Both the position numbers and the translations under genes were made by a program. Under the pieces are notes generated by a model. That model searched no databases. It saw only the letters and a program-made list of their open reading frames with translations, and was not told where the DNA came from. A DNA stretch of 64,000 bases, taken from Schizochytrium sp. TIO01 (lineage: Eukaryota; Protista; Bigyra: Labyrinthulomycetes). Positions 10,845 through 20,884 of the stretch are shown here, piece by piece; the first letter of the stretch is position 1; every line of letters starts with the position of its first letter. Where the stretch lies: assembly GCA_004764695.1 (NCBI GenBank), contig SMSO01000031.1, positions 3,634,436 to 3,698,435 of the forward strand, given 5' to 3'.

Positions 10845-13800
10845 TTAAGCCCGATGACAAACCGGGCAGTTATCCTCGCCTCCGAGTTCAACAAAGCAGG
10901 TACGATGAAACAGGTGACGGCAACCACGACAGTGCACAGCTTTCATAATTTGGAAGGCATACAGCAGGTCTTCCTCATCTTTGCATACAGCGCAAACCTC
11001 AGACTGGCTCTTACAGTATGTGCAGTCCATGGTAATATGCTTAGCCGCTTGCTCAACAGCACGCATCAACAGAGGAATCAAGCTGCCTATGTTCAGTTCA
11101 AAAAGGTCATTAATGGCATACATTTCTGTCTCTGAAGCAAGATGCTCGCGAGTTCGGAGCACCGGAACAGTAAATTCCATGGAGCTTCGGCGATTTGGAC
11201 ATTTTTCTAAAGTCTCCCGAGCATGGACCAATTGCAATCGCAGTAATCGAGCATGCTGTAGATCTTTCACCTCACCAAAGAGCTGAGGACTCTCTGCTGA
11301 TATGCAGAGTACAGGGTGCTGATTGATATTATCGAGGAAGTCTGCTGCCTCCTTAGATACTGTATATTCCTCGAAATCCCAGTGATGAAGAACTCGAGTG
11401 GGAAGAAATCGCCGGAACTCTGGTCTATTCTGCATGTGAAGAGGCTGCTCAGTATCTTCGTCTTCGTCAAGCCCAAGATCATCTTCATCATCTGCACCAT
11501 CATTGCCCCAATGAAAACAATGAGGACAAAACCATCGCTCTGTATAATGGCAATAGCGCGCCGAACGGTGAGCAGGGTTCTGCATAGTCCTGAGCAACCC
11601 TGACGTACGCCCGAGAGCGATGCTAATATCCTTCCCACAGCTTATGCAGCGAAAGTCTTGTTCAGCAAGACCAGTGCTATCTCGAGTTTCTAGAACATGA
11701 GGGTCGCCACGGGGTTCTGTAATAAGTGCAATGTGAAAACCGTGTTTAGCACGCGCAAGACGAGACAGTGGATCTACCACCGAGTCCATAGCTACACCTG
11801 AATCATCCCACGGTACAATTGTACCGCGAGTTAAAAAGTCGATAATCACAGGGTGCTCTCTCGCAGCAATGTCTGCAAAGTCCAACGTCATCACATCCTG
11901 AAGAAAGTCGTCCAGAGCAATTCGTTTACGAGTGATGTAATCTTCCGCAAATGATCGAAGCCACCCAGTCTTAGGAAGAGCAGGAATTAAATCGGGCTCT
12001 AAGGCCGCATCGGCTGCAGCTACAACTAACGCGGCACGGAACTTTTTGAAATCGTTAAAACGACGGTGAATTGTAAAGATTGCAGAACGAGAAGTTGGTG
12101 TAGATAGTGACTGTGGAGAGGAAGGTACATTCGACTCTTGCAGGATCGACGCATCATTATCAGAGGAATTCCATGAAGATGCATCGACAATGCCGATGTT
12201 GTCATGATCGGAGCCACCTATTCGAGCAATTTTACGCAGGTGGACTCGTATAACAAAACGAACGTGCATATCAGATGATTGTTTCGAAATGTAGTGACCC
12301 ACTACTCCAGCGCTTTCGACCCTGGTGAGGTTTGCGTTTGAGGAGATTTCAATATCAATTGAGACGTCATCATCATCCTCGCCACTGCTCTCTGCACCGC
12401 CTTCACTAATAACCCCTGTGCGAGATGTTCTCACAGTGTTCAAACTCGGTGCAAATTCCTGAGTTTCAGAAATTGAAGATGAGCCTGAGGTATCCCCCCA
12501 TAAAGAGAGACGCCCTGGTAAGAGTGAAAAGATACCTCTGCGCGAGCTATCATCCTTCTTACCATGGCGTGGCTTTCCTTCTGAAGAAGGGTCGTTTGTC
12601 TGCGCATGACTTGTTTCGTCTTGAGCCTGAGTAGCAGCACCTTTGTGCTTGCTGGTTCTATCATTATCATGAAGAAGTACACGAGGCCCGATCTCATAAC
12701 CGGCAATATCATAAATTTGATGTGCAAGCTCTCGTCCAGTCTTGCTATCCGGGTCTTCACAAATATACGATCTAACAAGCTTTTCATATGCTCCTCTGGT
12801 TACTTGGGGGGCATGCAGCCCACCATCTTCCTCCGATGCCTCCTTTGCTCGCGATGCATTATACTTTTTAGCCCCCTCTTCACTACTCTGAGATTGAGAG
12901 CTAAGTCGTTTCGCGTGTTCTGCTTCCTGTTCAGCAATAAATGCTGCTAGTGATTCTTCCTCTTCCCTTGCATACCGCGTCATACGTTCCTCTTCTGTTT
13001 CTTCACCCTGACTACTTTTATCAAGATCGCCAGGTGTTGTGAAATCGTCATCGCTAGAATCGGATTGCACACTTACAATATGTGAAGTATTGAGAAGCAA
13101 CTCACTGTCTCGTTGAATAGCTGCCACCCCATGCTGAGCAGCAAGACCAATTTGAGACGTGTGCATAACCACCGGACGAGACGACCGCCGCTTTCTTCCT
13201 GATGTTGTATTAAACATGTCAAGAATATCTAAAGACGAATCTAGTTGGGTTTCCCCATCTTCAATTCGCGCCATGGTCACACGAATATTACCTTTTCGAC
13301 GTGGATTTGACATAAAAGTCTTTGTGGAATTTGATGATGCAGAAGATGAAGAGGAGACTGATGAAGCCATAGACAGACCGCGACCGCTCAGAGTGTCTGG
13401 ATGAGCATGACTGCTGCTTTCACCTTCTATACCGGAGTAGCTTGTAGTACTCAGTGCATCAAGCGCTGCATGACTGCTACTTTCAGCCTCTAATCCGCTA
13501 TAGCTAGCAATGCTAAGTCCATCGGGCGGGACATAGCTATTGCTTTCGCCGTCAAATCCAATGTAGCTTGTAATACTAAGCGCATCTGGAGCTACATGAC
13601 TGACGCTGTCACCTTCATAACCGTGACCACTAGCATAACTGCTTTCCTCCTCTTCTGTTCGTGCAAGCATATGACCAATATTCTGAAACTCCACATGGCC
13701 CCTTCTAGACGAAAAGTCATTCAATCTGGATTCCAGGCTCAATGACTCGTGCGCATCAATGTGCGATGAGGATTGACTTACCTCGTCATATATTTGTGAG

Positions 13801-16800
13801 TTTGCTGTATCATCCGCATAATCCGGGTCATGCTCACTCGATGTAGCAAGTGCTTCGTCATGATCTGAAGGAATGTTGTCTTCAACTTCAGATCCGTCTG
13901 CCTCCCTGCTTGAGATATCAGGGTTCGAGTCTAGGTCATCTTTGCCTATCGAAGGCGAATTACGAGGCTCTGAACTTGTTTCGACAGATGCGGTCGGGGT
14001 ATCATCCTGCTCCATAGTCTCTTGGTCAATTCTGCTGATAGTGCTGTCTCCTTCTTGAGACTGGCCCTGAATATCACTTGATTCTGTACTGCCAAATGTA
14101 GACAAGTTCAGAGAAGGGGTTGAAATGTTCAGTGATCTAACAGTCCCGAAGTGATTCCCATCGTTTGAAGATGACTCGGACTCAACTCTTGAGAGAAATG
14201 TCCCAACGCCACTTCCCCTAGGTTCTTTTGAACCAGCGCTTTCGCCGCTAGCGGTTGACCAGTGGTTTAGGAAGGAAGTCTGCTGATCTGAAGCAGCTAG
14301 GAAAATGTTGGCTTCATGTTCATCTTTCGTCACCTTTCCATCATCAGGGTTCTTACCAAGGTGGATGTCTGCCAAGTTAACTTCTGATCCATCCTGGCTA
14401 GATTGAACTGTCTCTAAAGTCTCTTTCGCAATTCCTGACGTGTCTTCAAGTTCTTCATAATCACTTTGCTCGCTAGTTGAAATATTATCTGCCGAGCTCG
14501 CGTCCGAATTCACCTTTGGATGTTCTGAAAGAGCTCTTTTAATAGAAATCTCCTCAGGACTACGGTCAGACAGCTCCTGCGCTGCCTCAGCACCATCATC
14601 ATTGACACATCTAATGTTGTTGTCCGGCATTTCTACATATTTGACTACTACAGAGGTCTCCTTATCAACTTCTTCAACCTCTGATTCAAAAGTGTTGCTT
14701 GAAACACCAGTCATGGTTAAGTCGCCAGGCACTGCCTTAAGAGTATCAGTTTCATTTTTCAATCCCATTTTTGAATCAAAATTAGCCCGTTCGTCATCGG
14801 AAGAATGAGTATTAGCATCTACGTCGATGGACGATATTGTTGGATTCCCAGAACCATAGTTGACACTTCTTTTATTCGAAGATGGAACTTCTTCTTCTTC
14901 AATAGTTGATGACAAGTCGCTAGCCTTGACTTGCTCACTATGTAATTCAACATCTAGCAATTTGGGTGACGTGTTATCCAAATTGACGACTTGGCATTCT
15001 AAGAATTCGGACGCTGTGTTGGAAGAGGGCACTGCGCTGCTGGCGTGTAAGAGTGAATCTGATTTTTTATCTTCAGACAAATCCTCAAATCGTACACGAG
15101 CAGCTCCCGAAGTCTCTTTCCGCGTAACTGACAACTCGACCACATCATTACTACCACTATCACGAATTATTTCTACTTTTTTGTTGCCAGCCACATCCCC
15201 CTCGGTTGAAATTGTGTTGATCTTACCATTATCATGTTCATCACCACAGACTAGATCTTCATTGTGAGTGACGCAGTGAGGGTTGACCGCAGATTCTGGC
15301 TGAGAAGTGCCGCCTTCGTCCGCACTTTCACTATCAGTGTCTTCATCATTCATAATGACTTCTGTGATACTTTTTTCACTTTGAACATCGTGGAGGTCAC
15401 CGTCAGCCTGGTCTACAATAGATGCAGATATCCTATCTACTGCGGCTTCAGACATCATACTAGTGCTATTTTTCATCACACCATGTGTAGTAATATCACT
15501 GTTGCTCTGGTTCTCAACCTTATCTGCACTGGGCTTTTCGTTTTTGAAGTTGGCTCCAATTCCAATAGCAGTCTCAGACGCACATTCAGCTTCATCAGTT
15601 AAAGGTATCCTTAAATTAGCTGCCCGAATTGTCTGTTCATCAGAAATGGTAGTTTCATGGGTGTCATCACACACACTTGACTCTTCTGCAGGGCTTGAAG
15701 TAAGTTCAGCTCTAGAACTTGCGTGCAGGATATCAGAGGCATATTCACCATCCAAGGAGCTGGATTGTTCGATAGTTGTTTGACTGCTTTTGACGGTGCT
15801 ATCATATTTGTCTATTTCAGCATGGTCTGTTTTGGAAGTATCTGCTTCAGAATTGACACTGCAAACAGACGGTTCCTCGTGGAGATTGGAAAGTGTCTTA
15901 ACGGTTTCGATGACAGCAGTGTTTTGTTTGCCTTCATGAAACATAGTAGAGTTCCTATCGCTTAAGGACCCATCATCAAGAGAAGTAGTAGTGTTGATTA
16001 ATTTATCTGAGACTGATGGACTCTCGCACGGCATCTCAGCCTCGACAGAGGTACTTCCGATTTCGTTGATGATGCCTTCTGCATCTTCTTCTTTTGGTAA
16101 GCCTGAACTGGGTAGAATGGTCTGAGAAGGAGTGTTATTATCACATTGGGATATATAGACCAATGATTCAGTTGCTACGCGAGACGCTTCAGGAGGCACC
16201 GGGGGACTGGAACTAGCTATCTCTAAACTAGGTTGAGGTTCTCCCTCGCTGATAGCTGCTTCCTCTGAATTAGGTCGAGGATCTTCCTCCCTGCTAGGTG
16301 CTTCCTTTAAACTAGGTTGAGGATCGTCCGTTCTTTGATTTATTTCCTCTAAACTAGGCTGCAATTTTCTCTCATTGGTATGCGTTTCTATCGATTCATC
16401 TGTATTGGCTGCAGCAGTTGTGTCTGTTTCCTCGTTGATTGCAATTTTACGGACTTTATCAAGATTCTCCCGGATATGCTTAAGCTGAAGTACCTCAACA
16501 CGAATAGCTTGAACTTCAGATCGAAGAAGATTACCCCATTTGACTTTGGTTTTTCCTGGATGTATACGCGCCCTGATACTTTGTGAGTGCAACATTTGCA
16601 CTAGTTTAGGGGGTTTGTCAAAGTCAGCTTTTGCATATTCTGCAACCTCCCAATCATTACAGGGTACAAGGCCATCGGCAGTTGCCTTGGCAAAATACCT
16701 ATATTGACTTTCTTTTGGTGGGTAGATCGCCCATAGTGCGTTTTGATCTTGGGATTTCGCATTGAATCGTAGTTGATATCCTGTGATTTTGTTTCCATAG

Positions 16801-17615
16801 AGCCCTTGTTGCAGGAATATGTATCGACCTGTTGCAGGTGGATCAACAGATGAGGCCACCAGCACTGATGGCGGGTCATCTGAGGACTCTGAGCATGCAG
16901 CAGCTAAAGCAGACTCGACCGTGATTGTACACACAAGTGAATTCATAGTGATATAGTTAGCTGGGCCTTCAGGTGGAGGGCGGTCAAGATGTTCACCTGC
17001 GACCTTGAGCATGAAGCCGACATTGTTAAGTAATCCGAGGAGAGAGAAAAATAAGGTTCTGTTGGTTTCCGTGGACCAGCGTAAGAATCCCCAGTCCTCG
17101 TAATAGTCAGATCCAGAGGATGCTGCAAGTCTGCACAACGCTCTGATTGTGAATTCAAGAGCATTTTGGTTTAAAAGCATTCGTATCCAGGCACGGCAGA
17201 GGCCAACTCTAGTAGCGCAGTGTGAGTTAGCTCGCACCAACATAATTGTTCCTCCAAAAGCAGAGGGATCAACACGTTCTAGCAAGAGGACAAATTCCCA
17301 AAAATGATATGTGTCCGGGCTCGAGGTCGAGTTTTGTCTAGGCCGGGTTTGCTTTTTACGACGACTCTGTGTACGAAGCCCGTGCCAGAGGATAAGTTCA
17401 AGAATATCCAAGAGAGCTTTGACCTCAGTAGAGTTGTCGAGAAGTTCTTCATCAAGGTCAATCTCGCCTTGGATGCGTCTTTGGCGTTTTGAAATGGCAG
17501 CTTGGACAACTCTTCGTACACCATCTTGAAGCCCCATGACTAACATCGCATGAACCAGAGCCGTGTCTTCATTTGAGCTTGCACTTCCCCCTCCACCACC
17601 ACCGAATGAAAACAT
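10845..17615 (-). CDS. RUN + PX + Rubicon-homology (zf-RING_9/DUF4206) protein, PLEKHM1/DEF8/Rubicon-related (2256 aa)
   Basis: N-terminal RUN (LLDILELILWHGL...VGLCRAWIRMLLNQNAL...YYEDWGFL); about 1400-aa Ser/Asp/Glu-rich linker; PX (FTIHRRFNDFKKF...PALPKT...RKRIALDDFLQDV); C-terminal RH zinc domain (GLAEQDFRCISC, RYCHYTERWFCPHCFH, LPTRVLHHWDF, CTYC, CAVC, CRGC..FHRTC, CPVC). ATG at 17615 (track start is GTG). Confidence 0.88.
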   Translation of the reverse strand: MFSFGGGGGGSASSNEDTALVHAMLVMGLQDGVRRVVQAAISKRQRRIQGEIDLDEELLDNSTEVKALLDILELILWHGLRTQSRRKKQTRPRQNSTSSPDTYHFWEFVLLLERVDPSAFGGTIMLVRANSHCATRVGLCRAWIRMLLNQNALEFTIRALCRLAASSGSDYYEDWGFLRWSTETNRTLFFSLLGLLNNVGFMLKVAGEHLDRPPPEGPANYITMNSLVCTITVESALAAACSESSDDPPSVLVASSVDPPATGRYIFLQQGLYGNKITGYQLRFNAKSQDQNALWAIYPPKESQYRYFAKATADGLVPCNDWEVAEYAKADFDKPPKLVQMLHSQSIRARIHPGKTKVKWGNLLRSEVQAIRVEVLQLKHIRENLDKVRKIAINEETDTTAAANTDESIETHTNERKLQPSLEEINQRTDDPQPSLKEAPSREEDPRPNSEEAAISEGEPQPSLEIASSSPPVPPEASRVATESLVYISQCDNNTPSQTILPSSGLPKEEDAEGIINEIGSTSVEAEMPCESPSVSDKLINTTTSLDDGSLSDRNSTMFHEGKQNTAVIETVKTLSNLHEEPSVCSVNSEADTSKTDHAEIDKYDSTVKSSQTTIEQSSSLDGEYASDILHASSRAELTSSPAEESSVCDDTHETTISDEQTIRAANLRIPLTDEAECASETAIGIGANFKNEKPSADKVENQSNSDITTHGVMKNSTSMMSEAAVDRISASIVDQADGDLHDVQSEKSITEVIMNDEDTDSESADEGGTSQPESAVNPHCVTHNEDLVCGDEHDNGKINTISTEGDVAGNKKVEIIRDSGSNDVVELSVTRKETSGAARVRFEDLSEDKKSDSLLHASSAVPSSNTASEFLECQVVNLDNTSPKLLDVELHSEQVKASDLSSTIEEEEVPSSNKRSVNYGSGNPTISSIDVDANTHSSDDERANFDSKMGLKNETDTLKAVPGDLTMTGVSSNTFESEVEEVDKETSVVVKYVEMPDNNIRCVNDDGAEAAQELSDRSPEEISIKRALSEHPKVNSDASSADNISTSEQSDYEELEDTSGIAKETLETVQSSQDGSEVNLADIHLGKNPDDGKVTKDEHEANIFLAASDQQTSFLNHWSTASGESAGSKEPRGSGVGTFLSRVESESSSNDGNHFGTVRSLNISTPSLNLSTFGSTESSDIQGQSQEGDSTISRIDQETMEQDDTPTASVETSSEPRNSPSIGKDDLDSNPDISSREADGSEVEDNIPSDHDEALATSSEHDPDYADDTANSQIYDEVSQSSSHIDAHESLSLESRLNDFSSRRGHVEFQNIGHMLARTEEEESSYASGHGYEGDSVSHVAPDALSITSYIGFDGESNSYVPPDGLSIASYSGLEAESSSHAALDALSTTSYSGIEGESSSHAHPDTLSGRGLSMASSVSSSSSASSNSTKTFMSNPRRKGNIRVTMARIEDGETQLDSSLDILDMFNTTSGRKRRSSRPVVMHTSQIGLAAQHGVAAIQRDSELLLNTSHIVSVQSDSSDDDFTTPGDLDKSSQGEETEEERMTRYAREEEESLAAFIAEQEAEHAKRLSSQSQSSEEGAKKYNASRAKEASEEDGGLHAPQVTRGAYEKLVRSYICEDPDSKTGRELAHQIYDIAGYEIGPRVLLHDNDRTSKHKGAATQAQDETSHAQTNDPSSEGKPRHGKKDDSSRRGIFSLLPGRLSLWGDTSGSSSISETQEFAPSLNTVRTSRTGVISEGGAESSGEDDDDVSIDIEISSNANLTRVESAGVVGHYISKQSSDMHVRFVIRVHLRKIARIGGSDHDNIGIVDASSWNSSDNDASILQESNVPSSPQSLSTPTSRSAIFTIHRRFNDFKKFRAALVVAAADAALEPDLIPALPKTGWLRSFAEDYITRKRIALDDFLQDVMTLDFADIAAREHPVIIDFLTRGTIVPWDDSGVAMDSVVDPLSRLARAKHGFHIALITEPRGDPHVLETRDSTGLAEQDFRCISCGKDISIALGRTSGLLRTMQNPAHRSARYCHYTERWFCPHCFHWGNDGADDEDDLGLDEDEDTEQPLHMQNRPEFRRFLPTRVLHHWDFEEYTVSKEAADFLDNINQHPVLCISAESPQLFGEVKDLQHARLLRLQLVHARETLEKCPNRRSSMEFTVPVLRTREHLASETEMYAINDLFELNIGSLIPLLMRAVEQAAKHITMDCTYCKSQSEVCAVCKDEEDLLYAFQIMKAVHCRGCRHLFHRTCFVELGGEDNCPVCHRA
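13390..13640 (-). repeat. Coding tandem repeat, about 4 x 63 nt (21 aa), within the RUN-PX-RH gene
   Basis: GYEGDSVSHVAPDALSITSYI / GFDGESNSYVPPDGLSIASYS / GLEAESSSHAALDALSTTSYS / GIEGESSSHAHPDTLS. Boundaries approximate. Confidence 0.8.
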
Positions 17616-18457
17616 GTTTACGAAATGCACACAAAATTCTCAAGGATATATTGCTTCGTTTCGAGCTTAGATTTGAAGTCAAAGGTGCAACTTCTGACGA
17701 GAAACAAATGAAGAATAACTACAAAGCCTCGATCCGCTAAAATATTTAATCAATTGCATGCAATGAGTCCCACGAATTTAGAGCACAATCGATCTCAGGC
17801 TGAAGCCTATTTGAGTAACACTATAATGAAGAATGTATAAACGTTGGTACGATTGTAATAGTGCCTTCCCAGGGCGAACGAAGCGGGAAAGAACACGCCT
17901 TGCGAGACTGGCGAGGCGCCTCGAACGGTCTACTCAGACCCAAACCCAGCCCCAGCCCCAGACGCCAAGGAGGCGCTTGCCGACAGCGCTGCGACTCGAA
18001 CCCCTCTCGCGGCAGGAGTGGAGTTTGTTGAATAATCAACACTGTTGAATTCAAGTTAGAAAGTAATTATAATAATCAATCATAACTATAATAATAACCT
18101 TTTTCTAAAAGGCTAATAACAATTTGAAGACATAGAACCAAGAGAAGGGTAAAAAAGATAGGCACTACAACTGAGCTATTCATTGCTAAGTAGACTAAAC
18201 TCAGAACCCTTTTTCTTTTCTTTTTCTCTCCTTTCGCTTCTTTTCTTTTCAGGCTATGACCCCTGAGCGAGCGCATAGCGCGCAGTGCCTTGGCGCCCGT
18301 TGTTCTCGTTTAGACTTTGCAGGGTAACCATCTTGAGCTCCTTTGCCACCTTGAGGAGCCGAGGGAATTGAGATTTAGATTAGCTTCGGGCGCCTCGCGG
18401 TTGGACACTTAGACGTTATCCTATTGCTGGCGTGCCGCAAGCTCTGTGGAGGCCATC

Positions 18458-20884
18458 ATGGAGCTCAGCGATGCGGACTTGTACCTGTCACGGGACCACC
18501 TTGGCCAGCGTCAGGAGAAGCGTGGGTACCGCCATAACTACGGGAGGAGAGATGGTGAGCCGTCGAGATCTCAAGATCAACTTTATGACACATTCCTCAC
18601 AAATGAAAGCATTGCTGGTGGCCATGGGCGATACTTTCAGGATAAATCTCTAAGAGACATGAGCATGGACAAATACTATGACGAAAGCGAGTCTCAAAGT
18701 GCCCAGAGGAGCGAGGTCAAGTCAACAGATTGGGCAGCTCAAGATAATGAAAACCATGGTGCGTTTAACGATATTCCAGACCTAGATTCTGTGGCGTCTT
18801 CAGTGCCTGGTACTAGAATTCGCCTTCATCGCAGTGGAAGTGTTGACATCTCCGTAGATTCTTCAGAGGAGCATCCTGGGTTTGAAGAAATGTCAGAACT
18901 GGAGAATAGCAGTGAACCCCCTCTGCCACCCTACGTGGTCCGCGCAGAGAAGGCTCACTACACTACTGCAGAGCCCGATGTGATGTACTCCAGCTCCTTA
19001 CATGGGATGCAAGGATCTCGCGTCACAGCATCGCAGAAGTCAAGCTCCGTTTACTCTAACTCTAGCTTCAAACGCCAGCCTGCACGGCTTAGTTCAAGAG
19101 CATCTATCGATAGTTTTCCGCAGTCCCCTCATCATACTCCATCGTCAAGCACACGATTTGACCGAGCTTCGACAACTTCATCCAGCTGGGCTCGTGCTCA
19201 TCAAATACAAAATGTGCCCGCACGAAGCGCCGCAGTAATTTCGGCCATGAGCGCCCTGCAGGACAAGATCAGGTCACTCGAAAAGGGTTTGGACCAGGAG
19301 CGGGAACGCACCCTCACGATGCGAGCTGAAATGGAGAGTGAAAAGCAGTCTTATGAAAGCAAGATTCGTACTCTATGTGCTGAAAATGAAGAGCTAGAAT
19401 CAAAGTTGCGACAGTCTGAAGAAGCGAAACATTCATCTTGCCGCAACGCTGAGAGTTTCCGTTCTAGACTTGCTGATGTGAGTGCACAACTAGAAAAAAC
19501 TCAAATTGAGCTTGAATCTTTGAAACAGTGCAATGCAGACACTGAAGAACAACTCGCAAATATAAAATTGGAACGCACTCGGATTGAAGAAGACCTGTCA
19601 AACAAACTTGTAGAAGGGAGTACTCAATTAGAGATGCGGGAGTCTCGGGTAAAATCTTTGCAAGAGGAATTGGTGGCAATGGAGTCGCAAAAAATTGAGG
19701 CCCAAGCAGCAATTCGTAATTTGTTGGTGCTTAACGAGGATTTGATGAATAAGCTCTCACAAGCCACTAGTCAGTCTACGACAAAGCGTGCGAGTAGCGG
19801 AGGGAGCACAATAAAGAAGAAAAAGTCTGTATCATCGGGTATTAAAAGGGGGGCGACCCGTTCTTCAATAGCTGCGACAAACGTATCATCGAAAACTTCA
19901 CCAGTTGCGTTGCAACAGGTTAAATCAGTAAGCTCAAGTAAAAAGAAGGCTGTACGGATAAAGAAAAGAAATGGGACTGGGGCGATGACAACAAGGAAAG
20001 CAAAGCCGCAAACTAGCACGGCAAAACCAGGAGTGCCAGACTATCATCATGAACAAAACGGGGTGTTTAACCATTCTAGCATGGGTTACAGAAAGACCCG
20101 TGGGCTGAGTCTTGATAAAGAGCTGTTTCAGGCAAATGGAGATAAACCCGTGCCTTTTATATTAGGTGCAAATATTGGTCCTTCGTTCTCGATCTATGGG
20201 CGTGTACAGGAGAGCTTAGCCAACCACTATGCCTATGGCATACAAAGCCCTCGAGAACGTCAGAGAAAGCAGAAATCATCCAGCAATGATGAATCCGAGT
20301 ACCAAGTTAGTGGAGACGGTAGCAATTCAGATGAAAACGAGTACGAAGAGTATGAAGAAGCCAATGTTTCTGAAGTTCATCGCCCTTTTTTACAGGTTGA
20401 TGAGACTGAGGAAGGGGTATCGCCGCGCAATGTATTAATACCGGGAAATGATGATACAAATCACGCTCCTCGCTTTACCACAGCTAATCGGTTTCTTAGT
20501 TCTGCTCAAGAAGCTGCTCTCGCACATGCCCAAAAATTTCGCATCCCTTCCCCGCGATCCACTCATGGTCTACGGAACTTGGAGACGTCCCTGAGACGAG
20601 AACTTGACGAATTAAGAGCTCGCTATCAGGAATCTGTCACATATTTATCTCGTGGTCAAGATGGAACTGGGGTAGCAGTACCCAGCCTAAGTAAATCTCG
20701 TGAATTGACTGATCTGGTGGAAAGAATAGAAATAAAGTCCCAGCAGCTCGCCGCTTTGGACGAGATGGAAAGATCTTCAAGCGGTCGTCCGCGTAGTCCA
20801 GTTCGTAGCCCAGAAGCATATGAACGTAAGGTACATGCCCTTCGCACTCTCCATGAGTTCAGAGACGACCCTCCATTCCTTTGA
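18458..20884 (+). CDS. CEP57: Centrosomal protein Cep57/translokin-like (808 aa)
   Basis: AVISAMSALQDKIRSLE (cf. Cep57 centrosome-localisation domain AIFSALKNLQDKIRRLE) followed by coiled coil; VPFILGANIGPSFSI..VQ (cf. IPFVAGKSTSPSHSV..NVQ); C-terminal ELTDLVERIEIKSQQL (cf. microtubule-binding LEALVGRMEAKANQI). ATG at 18458. Confidence 0.75.
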   Translation: MELSDADLYLSRDHLGQRQEKRGYRHNYGRRDGEPSRSQDQLYDTFLTNESIAGGHGRYFQDKSLRDMSMDKYYDESESQSAQRSEVKSTDWAAQDNENHGAFNDIPDLDSVASSVPGTRIRLHRSGSVDISVDSSEEHPGFEEMSELENSSEPPLPPYVVRAEKAHYTTAEPDVMYSSSLHGMQGSRVTASQKSSSVYSNSSFKRQPARLSSRASIDSFPQSPHHTPSSSTRFDRASTTSSSWARAHQIQNVPARSAAVISAMSALQDKIRSLEKGLDQERERTLTMRAEMESEKQSYESKIRTLCAENEELESKLRQSEEAKHSSCRNAESFRSRLADVSAQLEKTQIELESLKQCNADTEEQLANIKLERTRIEEDLSNKLVEGSTQLEMRESRVKSLQEELVAMESQKIEAQAAIRNLLVLNEDLMNKLSQATSQSTTKRASSGGSTIKKKKSVSSGIKRGATRSSIAATNVSSKTSPVALQQVKSVSSSKKKAVRIKKRNGTGAMTTRKAKPQTSTAKPGVPDYHHEQNGVFNHSSMGYRKTRGLSLDKELFQANGDKPVPFILGANIGPSFSIYGRVQESLANHYAYGIQSPRERQRKQKSSSNDESEYQVSGDGSNSDENEYEEYEEANVSEVHRPFLQVDETEEGVSPRNVLIPGNDDTNHAPRFTTANRFLSSAQEAALAHAQKFRIPSPRSTHGLRNLETSLRRELDELRARYQESVTYLSRGQDGTGVAVPSLSKSRELTDLVERIEIKSQQLAALDEMERSSSGRPRSPVRSPEAYERKVHALRTLHEFRDDPPFL

